Of a stretch of 64,000 nt of DNA, positions 1-11,826 are shown piece by piece (the first letter of the stretch is position 1; each line of letters starts with the position of its first letter). The notes beneath the pieces were generated by a model. The model ran no database searches. It was not told where the DNA came from and worked only from the letters and a program-made list of their open reading frames with translations. The translations under genes and the position numbers were made by a program. Source of the stretch: Eledone cirrhosa (lineage: Eukaryota); NCBI GenBank assembly GCA_964016885.1, contig OZ024744.1:97960001-98024000 (forward strand). The letters are read 5' to 3'.

Positions 1-2830
1 GTCAGTGTATGTCAGTGTCAGTGTATGTCTGTGTCAGTGTATGTCAGTGTCAGTGTATGTCTGTATCTGTATATGTCAGTGTCAGCGTATGTCAGTGTCA
101 GTCTATGTCTGTGTCAGTGTATGTCTGTGTCAGTGTATGTCTGTGACAATGTATGTCATTGTCAGTGTATGCCAGTGTCACTGTATGTCTGTGTCAGTGT
201 ATGTCTGTGTATGACAGTGTCAGTGTATGTCAGTGTCAGTGTATGTCAGTGTCAGTGTATGTCTGTGTCAGTGTATGTCAGTGTCAGTGTATTTCTGTGT
301 CAGTGTATGTCAGTGTCAGTGTATGTCTGTGTCAGTGTATGTCTGTATCTGTGTATGTCTGTGTCAGTATATGTCAGTGTCAGTGTATGTCTGTGTCAGT
401 GTATGTCAGTGTCAGTGTATGTCAGTGTCAGTGTATGTCAGTGTATGTCTGTGTCAGTGTATGTCAGTGTCAGTGTATATCAATGTCAGTGAATGTCTGT
501 GTCAGTGTATGCTGTGTCAGTGCATGACAGTGGCAGTGTATGTCTGAGTCAGTGTATGTCTGTGTCAGTCTATGTCTATGTCAGTGTATGTCAGTGTCAG
601 TGTGTGTCAGTGTATGGCAGTGTCAGTGTATGTCTGTGTCAGTGTATGTCAGTGTCAGTGTATGTCAGTGTCAGTGTATGTCTGTGTCAGTGTATGTCAG
701 TGTCAGTGTATGTTAGTGTCAATGTATGTGTCAGTGTCAGTGTATGTCAGTCTCAGTATATGTCTGTGTCAGTGTATGTCAGTGTCAGTGTATGTCTATA
801 TCAGTGTATGTCAGTGTATGTCAGTGTATGTCAGTGTCAGTGTATGTCAATGTCAGTGTATGTCAGTGTATGTCTGTGTCAGTGTATATCAGTGTCAGTG
901 TATGTCAGAGTCAGTGTATGTCTGTGTCAGTTTATGTCTGTCTCAGTGTATGTCTATATCAGTGTATGTCAGTGTCTGTGTATGTCTGTGTCAGTGTATG
1001 TCAGTGTCAGTGTATGTCAGTGTCAGTGTATGTCTGTGTCAGTGTATGTCAGTGTCAGTGTATGTCTATGTCAGTGTATGTCAGTGTCAGTGTATGTCTG
1101 TGTCAGTGTATGTCTGTCTCGGTGTATGTCTGTGTCAGTGTATGTCAGTGTAAGTGTATGTCTGTCTCAGTGTATGTCTGTGTCAGTGTATGTCTGTGTC
1201 AGTTTTTATCTGTGTCAGTGTATGTCTGTGTCAGGTAACGTCAGTGTCAGTGTATGTCTGTGTCAGTGTATGTCTGTTTCTGTGTATGTCTGTGTCAGTG
1301 TATGTCAGTGTCAGTGTATGTCAGTGTCAGTGTATGTCTGTGTCATTGTATGTCAGTGTCAGTGTATGTATGTGTCAGTGTATGTCTGTGGCAGTGTCAG
1401 TGTCAGTGTATGTCTGTGTCAGTATATATCAGTGTCAGAGTATGTCTGTGTCTGTGACTGTCAATGTATGTCTGTGTCAGTGTATGTCTGTGTCAGTGTA
1501 TGTCAGTGTCAGTGTATGTCTATGTCAGTGTATGTCAGTGTCAGTGTATGTCTGTGTCAGTGTATGTCTGTCTCAGTGTATGTCTGTGTCAGTGTATGTC
1601 AGTGTAAGTGTATGTCTGTCTCAGTGTATGTCTGTGTCAGTGTATGTCTGTGTCAGTTTTTATCTGTGTCAGTGTATGTCTGTGTCAGGTAACGTCAGTG
1701 TCAGTGTATGTCTGTGTCAGTGTATGTCTGTGTCTGTGTATGTCTGTGTCAGTGTATGTCAGTGTCAGTGTATGTCAGTGTCAGTGTATGTCTGTGTCAT
1801 TGTATGTCAGTGTCAGTGTATGTATGTGTCAGTGTATGTCTGTGGCAGTGTCAGTGTCAGTGTATGTCTGTGTCAGTATATATCAGTGTCAGAGTATGTC
1901 TGTGTCTGTGACTGTCAATGTATGTCTGTGTCAGTGTATGTCTGTGTCAGTGTATGTCAGTATCAGTGTGTGTGTCAGTGTCAGTGTATATCAGTGTCAG
2001 TGTATGTCAGTGTCAGTGTATGTCAGTGTCAGCGTATGTCAGTCTCAGTTTATGTCTGTGTCAGTGTATGTCTATGTCAGTATAAGTCTGTGTCAGCGTA
2101 TGTCTATGTCAGTGTATATCTGTGTCAGTGTATGACAGTGTCAGTGTATACCGGTGTCAGTGTATGTCAGTGTCAGTGTATGTCAGTGTCAGTCTATGTC
2201 TGTGTCAGTGTATGTCTCTGTCAGTGTATGTCAGTGTATGTCAGTGTCAGTGTATGTCAGTGTCAGTGTATGTCTGTGTCAGTGTATGCCAGTGTCAGTG
2301 TATGTCTGTGTAAGTGTATGTCAGTATCAGTGTATATCACGTCAGTACATGTCTCTGTCAGTGTATCTCAGTGTATGTCAGTGTATGTCTGTGTCAGTGT
2401 ATGTTTGTGTCAGTGTATGTCTGTGTCAGTGTATGTCAGTGTCACTGTATGTCTGTGTCAGTATATGTCTGTGTCAGTGTATGTCAGTGTCAGTGTATGT
2501 CTCTGTCAGTGTATGTCAGTGTCAGTGTATGTCTGTCTCAGTGTATCCCAGTGTCAGTGTATGTCTGTGTAAGTGTATGTCAGTGTAAGTGTATGTCAGT
2601 GTCACTGTATGTCAGTGTATGTCAGTGTCAGTGTATGTCTGTGTTAGTGTATGTCAGTGTCAGTGTATGTCTGTGTCAGTGTATGTCAGTGTCAGTGTAT
2701 GTCTGTGTCAGTGTATGTCAGTGTCAGTGTATGTGTCAGTGTCAGTGTATGTCAGTATCAGTGTATGTCAGTGTCAGTGTATGTCTGTGTCAGTGTATGT
2801 CTGTGTCAGTGTATGTCAGTGTCAGTGTAT
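1..2830 (+). repeat. 16-bp minisatellite (GTCAGTGTATGTC[A/T]GT)n, 5'-truncated by the window edge
   Basis: Continuous tandem units visible directly. The [12 protein letters not shown] ORFs are its translations. Confidence 0.97.
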
Positions 2831-2972
2831 GTGTTGTCCAAGAAACCCAGTCCCAGTCAATACCACAATAAATTAGAACTATCCAGAATATAAAACCACC
2901 ACAGTCGTAGTAGTATGTACCAATGCACATCTACCGTTTGGTCGTCATTTCTTATGGCACGGGGCCAGCTAG
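1..2972 (+). mobile_element. 3' part of a non-autonomous Helitron-like element carrying the 16-bp satellite
   Basis: The unique tail at 2831-2972 is nearly identical to 62511-62654 and ends in a degenerate hairpin plus GGGGCCAG-CTAG|T, as at 56950-56981. Confidence 0.7.
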
Positions 2973-3133
2973 TCTTGGTATAATATCCTTATCGTCCTCT
3001 GGTTCTTTCAGTTAAAATATTCGAGGGTATTAGTATTATCTATAAATCTATTATAATATTTCTGTATTAATGATTTTTAAACTCACTTATAGAAAAATTA
3101 TTATGCTTTTCAATTGTGTGTGGGTGTGTGTGT

Positions 3134-3214
<81 letters not shown>

Positions 3215-3227
3215 CGCGCGCGTGTCG

Positions 3228-3415
3228 ATTGGCAGTATCAGAGGCGGTTCGGTCGCCATGCTTTGCAGCATAGTGTTACGATCCTTTACGGTCTGTGTTC
3301 AAATCCCGCCGAAGTTAACTTCGCCTTTCATCCTTACGGGGGGGTCGATAAAATTATGTACTAGTAATGCACTGGAGTAATTGCTGGTCTTGTGCCAAAA
3401 GTAGAAACAATTATT
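3228..3415 (+). mobile_element. tRNA-derived SINE
   Basis: A-box-like TGGCAGTATC, B-box GTTCAAATC, core GCCTTTCATCCTTACGGGGTCGATAAA, tail GAAACAATTATT. About 20 copies in the window. Confidence 0.88.
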
Positions 3416-3818
3416 AATCCTTTCGTCTGAAGACTACCACCCTATGCATACCATAATATGTCGTCCGCCTCGTGGTCGCGGACAACAGGATGAAGTAGAC
3501 ATTCTCCTTGGAGGACGGCGAGAGACCCAATGGAACAGCGATGGAGCCACCTCACGGGGCTCGCACCTACAAGAAGCCAACTCCAATCCGATATCAATAA
3601 GTAGAGATGTGGTCCGGGGGCCAAGAACGCCGGACTGTTTCTTCCCCCTTGCATGACTTGGATCCTTTGTGTGATCACTCGACCTACTAAATATAGCAGT
3701 CCTATTTATTTTTAAATAGAACAATGCGTCTCAGTCACCCATCCTCCGGGGAAACACCTTCTCTATTCTGTCCGCCGGGACCAAGGGCCAGCCAGCGCTT
3801 GGGTTTCCATTTGCACAT

Positions 3819-4015
3819 AATAGTTGTTTCTACTTTTGGCACAAGGCCAGCAATTATCCCCAGTGTATTACTGGTACTTTATTTTATTGACCCTCGTAAG
3901 GATGAAAGGCAAAGTTAACCTCGGCGGGATTTGAACTCAGAATTGCAAGGGCCGTAACTCTATGCGTCAAAGCATGGCGTCCGACCCTCTACCGATACTG
4001 CCAATCCACTCGCCA
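3819..4015 (-). mobile_element. tRNA-derived SINE, full length
   Basis: Reverse complement of the same SINE consensus. Confidence 0.9.
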
Positions 4016-4410
4016 TTTGCATATAATAGTGAGAGATGGAGAAAGCGAGCGTATAAAGTAACTCGATGATCGTACGTTAATGCGACAAAATGGCAGTTTC
4101 GTTAAATCATTAGATTAAATAAATGCCTTGCTATTTGTTCTGGTTCTCTACGTTCTGTGTTTAAACCTCGCCGAAGTCAACTTCGCTTTTCATCTTTTCA
4201 TGGTCAATAAAATAAAGTACCAGTCAAATACTAGGGTTGGTCCTCTAATCTCCGCTACAAAAGTAAGATATCTCTATATCATAAATCAATCGAAGCCGCC
4301 ATTGCTATCTCATTGCCGAGTTAATATATTCTCCATATCTCTTCATAACCTCCATTTTTATCAACTCTATTTACTTCATCCTTCCATCTTAAATGGTGTC
4401 ATCTACTGTT

Positions 4411-4473
<63 letters not shown>

Positions 4474-4566
4474 GTAATAATAATAAATGTGAAGACTAAA
4501 ATCCAAAGAGGGCTCGATAAGGATAAATATATATCAAATATATAAGGACCCTAGAGCAAATATTTA

Positions 4567-4670
4567 TTAAAATAACAGATTAAAGTTTAAGCAAAGAATC
4601 GTTGCTTTCACCCTTAACGTTAAGGGTGAAAGCAACGATTCTTTGCTTAAACTTTTATCTGTTCTTTTAA
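4567..4670. repeat. Perfect palindrome (37-bp arms, centre 4618/4619) within a dispersed repeat also present at ~31820-32030 and ~55650-55950
   Basis: aaagtttaagcaaagaatcgttgctttcacccttaac|gttaagggtgaaagcaacgattctttgcttaaacttt. Confidence 0.92.
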
Positions 4671-4751
4671 TTTTTTTAAATATATATATATATAGTGCAA
4701 ATTTATACGGGAACAGAACAGAGAGGCAGACAAATAAAGGTTTATTAGGTT

Positions 4752-4819
<68 letters not shown>

Positions 4820-4899
4820 TAGCTGTACTAGACACAGAGCTCTGGTTAGATACCATTAATAACAAAAAACAAATCCTCCATTCCCATTATGCCAAACCC

Positions 4900-5790
4900 A
4901 TGACTTCCAAACATCTGATCCACCGAAACTCGGCCGTTTCGGACCATACCAAAATCAACATACTGATTGCGGATTTGGTACGGGTGATGAGAAACGTATC
5001 CCGCATGTGCAACCCCGAAGAACTAGAGAGACATATACAACACTTCATCCACCGTATGCAGTTCTCTGGCTACAATCAGAGAGATAAAATCAGAGTGTAT
5101 AGAGGAGCCAGAACCAAATGGGAAAAAATGGTAAATAATGACATAAATGGGACCTGCCCCTTGTATAGGAGCAAATTTTGGAATAGAATAGAAAGAACTA
5201 GGAACAAGGCTAATAGAATAAACTTATGGTATGATAGCAATAAATACCAGAGTGTAATGTTCATCGATACAACCCCTAGAGGTGAATTAGCTTACAAATT
5301 TAGAAGGGCCCTAAATAAACATAAACTCAATATTAAGATAGTAGAAAGACCAGGTACCTCCGTAAAAACACTTATTAGCAAGACATACCCTTTTCAAAGA
5401 CCCTCATGTATAGATAAGAAATGTATAACCTGTAAAATAAACCCCCATATTAACTGTAAAACTAGAAATGTAGTGTATAGCATAAGATGTACTGAAGGAC
5501 AATGTAGAGACAAAAATATAGTGTACATAGGTGAGACAGCTCGTAGTGTAGGGGAATGGATAAATGAACACTGGCGAGACCTTCAAGATAGTAAAGAATC
5601 ATCTGTACTCTACCAACATGCTAAAATAGAACACAAGGGTAAATTAGAGAACATAGAAATAAAAATAGAATCTACACACAGAAAAGACGCAATGTTTAGA
5701 CAAATTACAGAGGCAATAAACATAAAAGAATTACAACCAAAATTAAATAGAAAATATGAGTGGAACAGCAACATCACAACTTACAATTAA
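4900..5790 (+). CDS. Penelope-like element C-terminal region: RT thumb/linker and GIY-YIG endonuclease (partial)
   Basis: NVVYSIRC...VYIGETARSVGEWINEH, upstream CxxxxCxxC, R-x-x-x-EA-x-x-I...P-x-LN: the hallmarks of PLE GIY-YIG domains. Confidence 0.88.
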   Translation: MTSKHLIHRNSAVSDHTKINILIADLVRVMRNVSRMCNPEELERHIQHFIHRMQFSGYNQRDKIRVYRGARTKWEKMVNNDINGTCPLYRSKFWNRIERTRNKANRINLWYDSNKYQSVMFIDTTPRGELAYKFRRALNKHKLNIKIVERPGTSVKTLISKTYPFQRPSCIDKKCITCKINPHINCKTRNVVYSIRCTEGQCRDKNIVYIGETARSVGEWINEHWRDLQDSKESSVLYQHAKIEHKGKLENIEIKIESTHRKDAMFRQITEAINIKELQPKLNRKYEWNSNITTYN

Positions 5791-5991
5791 GGACAAAATG
5801 AAAACACACACACACATAGAACAAACAACCAACCAGTAACATGTAAATAAACAAATAAATAAATGAACATAAACACACACAGACACCCGGATGTGGCGCA
5901 TGCGCAGACTGAGCACACAACACACACACAGAAACAAAATAGCGTAGGACAGAACAAAGGAGAGGCACAGAAACAAAGAAAGGAATCCCCA

Positions 5992-6034
5992 GTCACTGAA
6001 GAGGTCACAGAGTGTGTGACGAAAGAACTATGAC
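5992..6034 (+). ncRNA. Minimal type-I hammerhead ribozyme-like motif in a Penelope pLTR
   Basis: gtca-CTGAAGA-g-gtcaca/tgtgac-GAAA-gaa-CTA-tgac. Stem I is gtca/tgac; stem III is very short. Confidence 0.65.
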
Positions 6035-6183
6035 AATATATAAACAACTATCTGGTTGTGGAACCAACCAACCAACCAGAAATTTATAAATTTATAAATT
6101 TATTATAAATTTATTATAATAAATTGAAGTGAAAGCAACTGGTGCGTGTGTTTCTTATTGGCAACATGACCCTCCCAAAGTAT

Positions 6184-6285
<102 letters not shown>

Positions 6286-6576
6286 ATAGATAGATAGATA
6301 GATAGATAGATATGTTTCTTTTATTTGCCACCAGGGCATCAAAAGTGGGACAAGTACAATGGGGGGAGTTTACAAAACAAGGCGTCCTCAATAAGGAGGA
6401 GGCAATAACAATATATAAAAATAAAATAAAATATAACAAAAATAAAATTTATAACAAAGTCCTCAATAGAGAGGAGGCGCCTTGGGGGGTCGCACACCCC
6501 CCCGAAAAAAGTGTGCAACCCTTTCCCCTCAGGAGCACAGAGAAGGGGTGCTCCCTTGGTCTTTCATCTTCCTCAC

Positions 6577-9500
6577 CTATAGTCTGATGTAGAGTGAAGG
6601 CCCATTCACACGGGCCATTCTCGCCACTTTCACCCATCTTTCATAGAAACGGCTGGGGTGCAGCACCTCTCTCTCCATCCTGATCCTTCTTCCGAAATGA
6701 TATCGGAAGAAACGGACCAGTTGTTGGCCAGAGAGAAAGGTGTCTGACCTCAGTCCTTTCAGACGCGTCCACCATACAACCTCTTTCGCCATGGCTATTA
6801 CGCACTGAAACACCGCCTCTCCTTCGTTTTTGAAGAGGGGAGGCGGCTTGATCGTTACAATAGACTCGGTGGTCAACCGGATCGGTCCCACCCTTGACAG
6901 CAGTTGTTCGACATAGCCCCACAGATCGGCAATGCCCGAGCAGTGTACCAATGCGTGTGCAACGGTTTCCTCGTCGCACACGCATCTGGGACAGATCTTT
7001 TTCGATGGGTCCCTACCCGGGTGCCCGTGTCTGTAGAGCCTTTCTCGAATGGGCAGAGCCCTTCTGTAGCATTGCCAGGCCAGGGACCTCTGGAAGTTAT
7101 CCATGGGTCCCGGGCTGAATGTCCTACCGAACAGGTTGGCCAGTTCGTCTTCCTCCATGCCTAGGGCTTCTCCGAGGGTGTCGTCGCACCTGCTAACCAC
7201 CAGCCCTCTATAGAATGACGAGGTGGATTCTCCACTGACAGCCGGGTCCGCCTGCCAGAGAGCCGTGAGCGCCTGGGCACACTCGGTGTGCCAGGCGCCC
7301 AGTTTTCTCGGTCTTTGCTTGACCCAGGATTGCAGCTCGGTGAGTGAGACGAGTCTGGGAAAGGCTCGCCTCACAAACGGGGCCCACACCGGTTGACCGG
7401 AGAGGAATACCTGAAGGTGCCGTAGCCTTAATGCGTGTTTACGTATCATTAGCCACGGCATCCCCAGCCCTCCTTTCGAAGGGTGTTGACAGCAGATGGA
7501 TCTCCTCACCATAGGAGCCCGCTTCTTCTAAAGGAATTGGAAGAGTGCGCGCTCCATTTTGGCGAGCGTTTCCCTTGGGCAAGGCACGACGGTCAGGCGG
7601 TAGTAGATGACGGACGCTATATAAGTGTTCGCCACCTCCGCCCGACCTTTCAGGGACAGTTTGCACTCGGCCCACTTCTGGGTCAGTGCAAACACCCTGT
7701 TCGTCACCTCACCCCAGTTCTTCTCCACCTGGAGGTCTGGTCCGAACCAGACCCCGAGCAACTTCACCGGGCCCTCCGTCCAGCGCCCGACGACGCCATC
7801 GGAGGGCATCGATTTGCCCCTCCACGTGCCGAGTTGCAGACCGATCGACTTGTCCCGGTTCAGCTTAGCCCCTGTAAACCTTTCGTACTCCTCCAGTAAG
7901 GTGCCGATCGCCCCGATTTCCGAGGCCGTCGACACCATTACTGTTACGTCATCGGCGTAGGCTGACACCGCTTTCCGCAATCCCGGTTCCAACGGGATGC
8001 CCTGCAACAACTCCAATTTCCGCAGCAGTGGCTCTAGAGTCATTACATACAGAAGGGAGGAGAGAGGGCACCCCTGTCGGATGGACCGCGCGATTTCGAA
8101 CGGCTCCGAGAGGTAGCCGTTCACCTTGACCCTAGAGCAGATGCGGCTGCTGTGCATGGCATTGATCCAGCCCCTCAAAACGGTTCCGAAGCCTGCCGCC
8201 GCTAGCACCGCATCCAGGTAACCATGGTCGACCCTATCGAATGCCTTAGATTGATCTAAGTTGATCAGGGCCCCACCAAAGCCGGGTTCGTTCCCAACCC
8301 TCTCTATGATGTATCGCATGAGGTGGATTTTATCGTGGATGGACCTGGACGGGATAGCACATGTCTGCGCATCTCCCACCAGGTTGCCCACGACAAGCGT
8401 CAACCTCTTTGCTAGCACCTTGGCCAAAATCTGTAACTCTGTATTTAGCAGAGTTATGGGCCTGAAATTATTTATATCGTCCCCCTTGTTCTCGTCCTTC
8501 CTCACTAGCGTGACTACGCCCTTGGTCACAGCACAGGGAATTCTCCCGTTCTGTTGCCAGTTGCAGTAGACCGCCTCGAGGAGATCGGGGAACAAGTCCG
8601 GCATAGCTAGATATAGTTCGTATGGAAGACCATCGAGACCCGGGGATTTGCGTTTGCCGCATTGGCTCAGCACGTCCTCTATCTCAGCGGCTGAAATCGG
8701 CTCCTCGCAGGACTTCGCCTCCCTGTCCGAGAGACGCGGCAGGCCGTCGAGGTATGGACCGAAGTCCACGTCCCCAACCGGCCCCCCGTCCCTTCCGAAC
8801 AATCCGGCAAAGTGCTTTTGAAAAGCCTCGCACATCTGCTTAGGTTCAAAGATCACCCGTCCATCCTGGTCTCGCAAAGACCGGATAATGGATCTGCTCC
8901 ATCTTTTGGCTTCTGTCACGCGGGCCCAGCTAACAGCTTTGGTCCCCTCGTTTCCCAGAGCACGTATTTTGCTTCGGACGATGCAGCCTTCGTGTTTCGC
9001 GTCGAAGAACTGGCCCAGGGCCGTTCTCGACGCTAGCACTCTGGCCACGTCGCCGCTTCTAATTGCCTCTTCTACACTATCTACCAACTCCCTTTCCTTC
9101 CTGTTTCTATTGGAGGCTAACTCCTTACTAAATTCTATAGAGACTACTCTAATCTCTCTTTTGAGAGATCCCCACCACCTGCTGTTGACGATTGCGCCCG
9201 TCAACCGCTCCCTAACTAAGGTGCTAATCCGGTCCCTGTAAGCCTTACTTGCCGGTAAGGACAAGTTGAGCTTCCAGTAACCGGGTCCCTGTCTATGAGT
9301 TCTGTCAAGGTTGATCATGCAGGTCACTAACTTGTGGTCTGAATAGCCAACCATGCGCATTTTTGGACAACTTAAAAAGTTCTTATCCTTAATTCTAACT
9401 AAGAACCTATCTAGGTACGACCTAGATGATCCGCTACGATTTGCCCAAGTCCAGATTGGCGCAGTCGGAAAATCTAGTCGATATCTATCGGCCAGGTCAA

Positions 9501-10014
9501 ATCGACCGATTAACCCTTTGAGGCTATTACACCCCTCTCTATCGGGACAGGCCCCTACGTAGTCCCAGCGTGCATCTAGGATACCATTCCAGTCCCCCAC
9601 TAATAGCAAGGAGCGGGACGTCCCTAGAAAAGTCTTCAGACGATGGAAGAAGTCCGGCCGCATTGACCCGAAAGGGCCGTAGGCGGCTACCAACCTAAAC
9701 GCTCCGCCTTTACCACTGCCAAGGTCCAGAACCACTAGTCGACCCTCCGGGTCCAAATGTACCATCTGTGTTGCGAGACCCAGATGTTTTTGCAGCAGAA
9801 CGACAACTCCACCCCCACCTCCGGGCTGACAGAGAGATGCGTGCATCTCAAAGTCATCAAAGGTGGGGGCCAGCTGTCGCACGTTGCTGATCCGGGCCTC
9901 GCAAATAACCATCACATCTATACGTTGTGACCTGAGGTCATTTAGAAGCATTGCTTGCTTCCAAGTTGAGCCCAGGCCACACGCATTTAAACAGCCTACT
10001 CTTAGCATAGCCAT
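6577..10014 (-). pseudogene. Tx1 ORF2 (APE endonuclease, RT, C-terminal zinc finger) with a single nonsense codon at 7528-7530
   Basis: CLNAxG, GDWN, YLDRF, SDH (APE); KSPGLDG, FRPITLLN, KAFDRV, RQGCPLS, YADD (RT); CPRC...H...C. TAG replaces the TGG of copy 2. Confidence 0.93.
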
Positions 10015-10038
10015 GTTGGTGGTGAAGAGAAAAGGCAC

Positions 10039-11826
10039 TTACCTCTCTGCGTCCCGGGTATCGGGCTGCACAATTTCCATTAGGGTGGGGGATGGGTTGT
10101 TGGGTGGGGTGGTGGTTTGTGGAAGTGTAGGGGCATCAGTGTGTTGTGTGGTTGGGGAGCTTTGAGTTGTGTGGGTGTTTGGGGAGGGGGTGGGATAGTT
10201 TTTTAGGAGGACGCGGTTAATGGGCCCGGCGCAGGGGGGACCCACGTCCTCTTTAAAATTGTTTTTTAAAGTTTTATAGGTGTCCTGTGGGGCCTTAATC
10301 ATTTTGAGGTGGGGGAAATCCCCTGCCTGGGTGAAGTTAGGCCCTTGTGTTTTTATTAGATTGTTGTTGTACACAATGTTTAACAGTTTTTTGTTTCTTG
10401 TATTTATGTATGTGTATGCATGTTTTTGTTTTTGTGTGGTTTTTTTTGTTTGCTGTTGTTGTGAGCTCTTTTGTGTTGGTGTCAGTGTTATGTTTTGGGG
10501 AGGGGTTGTTTTCATTTGTGTGTCTGAGGTGTGTTTTCTTTTTTTTCTTTTGATTGTGTGGAAGTGCTCCTCCTCGTCTGACGACGAACTAGGGTCATCT
10601 TCCGCGTTGGAGGGGAGGGGTATATTTTCGGGTTGTGTTTGCGGTACGGGTGTTTTGGAAATTGTTTTTGTTTTTTGAGTGGAGGGGATGGGTTGGACAT
10701 TGTTTTGTTTTGGTTTGAGCTGTGGTGGTTGTTTTTGTAGTGGTAGTTGTGGTGATTGTGTTGGTTGTGCAGTTGTTGGTGGTGTAGGCAGGATTGGGGC
10801 TTTCTTATTAAGTTGGGGACAGACAGCCCTCAGGTGACCTCTGGTTCCGCAGAGGTAACACGAGGGCCGTCTACCCTCAACGGTAATGTTGATGAAGGTT
10901 AGATCATCCAGTATGACGCGTTCAGGGATCTGGGCGATCCTTTCGGGCCTCATTTGAACTACAAGTTCGAGGCTCGTTCCACTGAACGCGTCACCCGATG
11001 CCTTTCCCATGGACACCAGCATGTCATCCTCCAGGTCCAGAAAACCTGTCAAAACCCACCATATGTCCATAATCGGCAGGATGGTGTGGATTTTTATTTT
11101 TTGTGTTCTTCTACCCATGTACGTAGGGTAGAATGTGTATGCGGTGGGTGTGATTGGTTTGATGGACAGTTTCACTGCTGTGTCCCTGTCCTTCATGAGA
11201 ATGGATAGACTCCCGTAGAGTCTATCCTTCTGAATGAAGATGATGTCCTTCATGACGTCTTTTAAAACCAGCTCTATCTCACTCTGTGATGGTTGAGCTG
11301 GTTTTTTACTTTTGTTCGAGATTGTCCTAAACATGACCGTGTTTAGGAGTCTCTGGCTTTTTAGTTCCGGTGGGGAATGGATTGTGAATGAACCATTTTC
11401 TCCGTACACTATATATTTTTTCGCATCCGCCAGTAGCTCCTTCGCTTTTGTTATATCTACTGGCAGATAGTCGAGGGTTTTCCTTGTCGTCTCGGCGAAG
11501 GAGAAATTTTGTTTGTTTGTGTTGTTGTTGTCGTTGGTGGTGTTGTTGTTATCATTGTTGTTGTTGTCACCGTTATTGGTCTTGTTGTTGTTGTTATTGT
11601 TATTGGTGTTGTTTTCGTCCGTCGCATTGTTGTTGTTGTTGCTGTTGCTGCTGGTTCTTTGGGTTGTTGCCATGGCAACGTCAAGTTGTCGGTTAACAGG
11701 TGGAGAGAATTCTTCCTCTGGCTGACCTTTCTTCTTGACCTCTGCTACTGTGACAGTGGCAGGGGGAAGCTGTAAGTTTATCTTCCCCTTTCCTCCTTCG
11801 AATTTTGGTGAAGAAGCTTCGGCCAT
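10039..11826 (-). CDS. Tx1 ORF1 nucleic-acid-binding protein, 595 aa
   Basis: Zinc knuckle CYLCGTRGHLRAVC (CX2CX4HX4C), poly-Asn N-terminus, Pro/Gln/Thr-rich linker. Homologous to ORF1 of copy 2. Confidence 0.9.
   Translation of the reverse strand: MAEASSPKFEGGKGKINLQLPPATVTVAEVKKKGQPEEEFSPPVNRQLDVAMATTQRTSSNSNNNNNATDENNTNNNNNNNKTNNGDNNNNDNNNTTNDNNNTNKQNFSFAETTRKTLDYLPVDITKAKELLADAKKYIVYGENGSFTIHSPPELKSQRLLNTVMFRTISNKSKKPAQPSQSEIELVLKDVMKDIIFIQKDRLYGSLSILMKDRDTAVKLSIKPITPTAYTFYPTYMGRRTQKIKIHTILPIMDIWWVLTGFLDLEDDMLVSMGKASGDAFSGTSLELVVQMRPERIAQIPERVILDDLTFINITVEGRRPSCYLCGTRGHLRAVCPQLNKKAPILPTPPTTAQPTQSPQLPLQKQPPQLKPKQNNVQPIPSTQKTKTISKTPVPQTQPENIPLPSNAEDDPSSSSDEEEHFHTIKRKKRKHTSDTQMKTTPPQNITLTPTQKSSQQQQTKKTTQKQKHAYTYINTRNKKLLNIVYNNNLIKTQGPNFTQAGDFPHLKMIKAPQDTYKTLKNNFKEDVGPPCAGPINRVLLKNYPTPSPNTHTTQSSPTTQHTDAPTLPQTTTPPNNPSPTLMEIVQPDTRDAER

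Noticed and set aside
1-2893. Cys/Val/Ser-rich ORFs here and at 57227-62573
   Set aside because: These are translations of the 16-bp satellite, open in several frames.
3228-3310. tRNA gene
   Set aside because: A/B boxes are present, but there is no convincing cloverleaf and the sequence continues into the SINE core and tail in all copies.
3430-3810. GC-richer island as a possible host exon
   Set aside because: No recognisable protein motif or clear splice sites. It may be an unclassified repeat UTR and cannot be resolved without a search.
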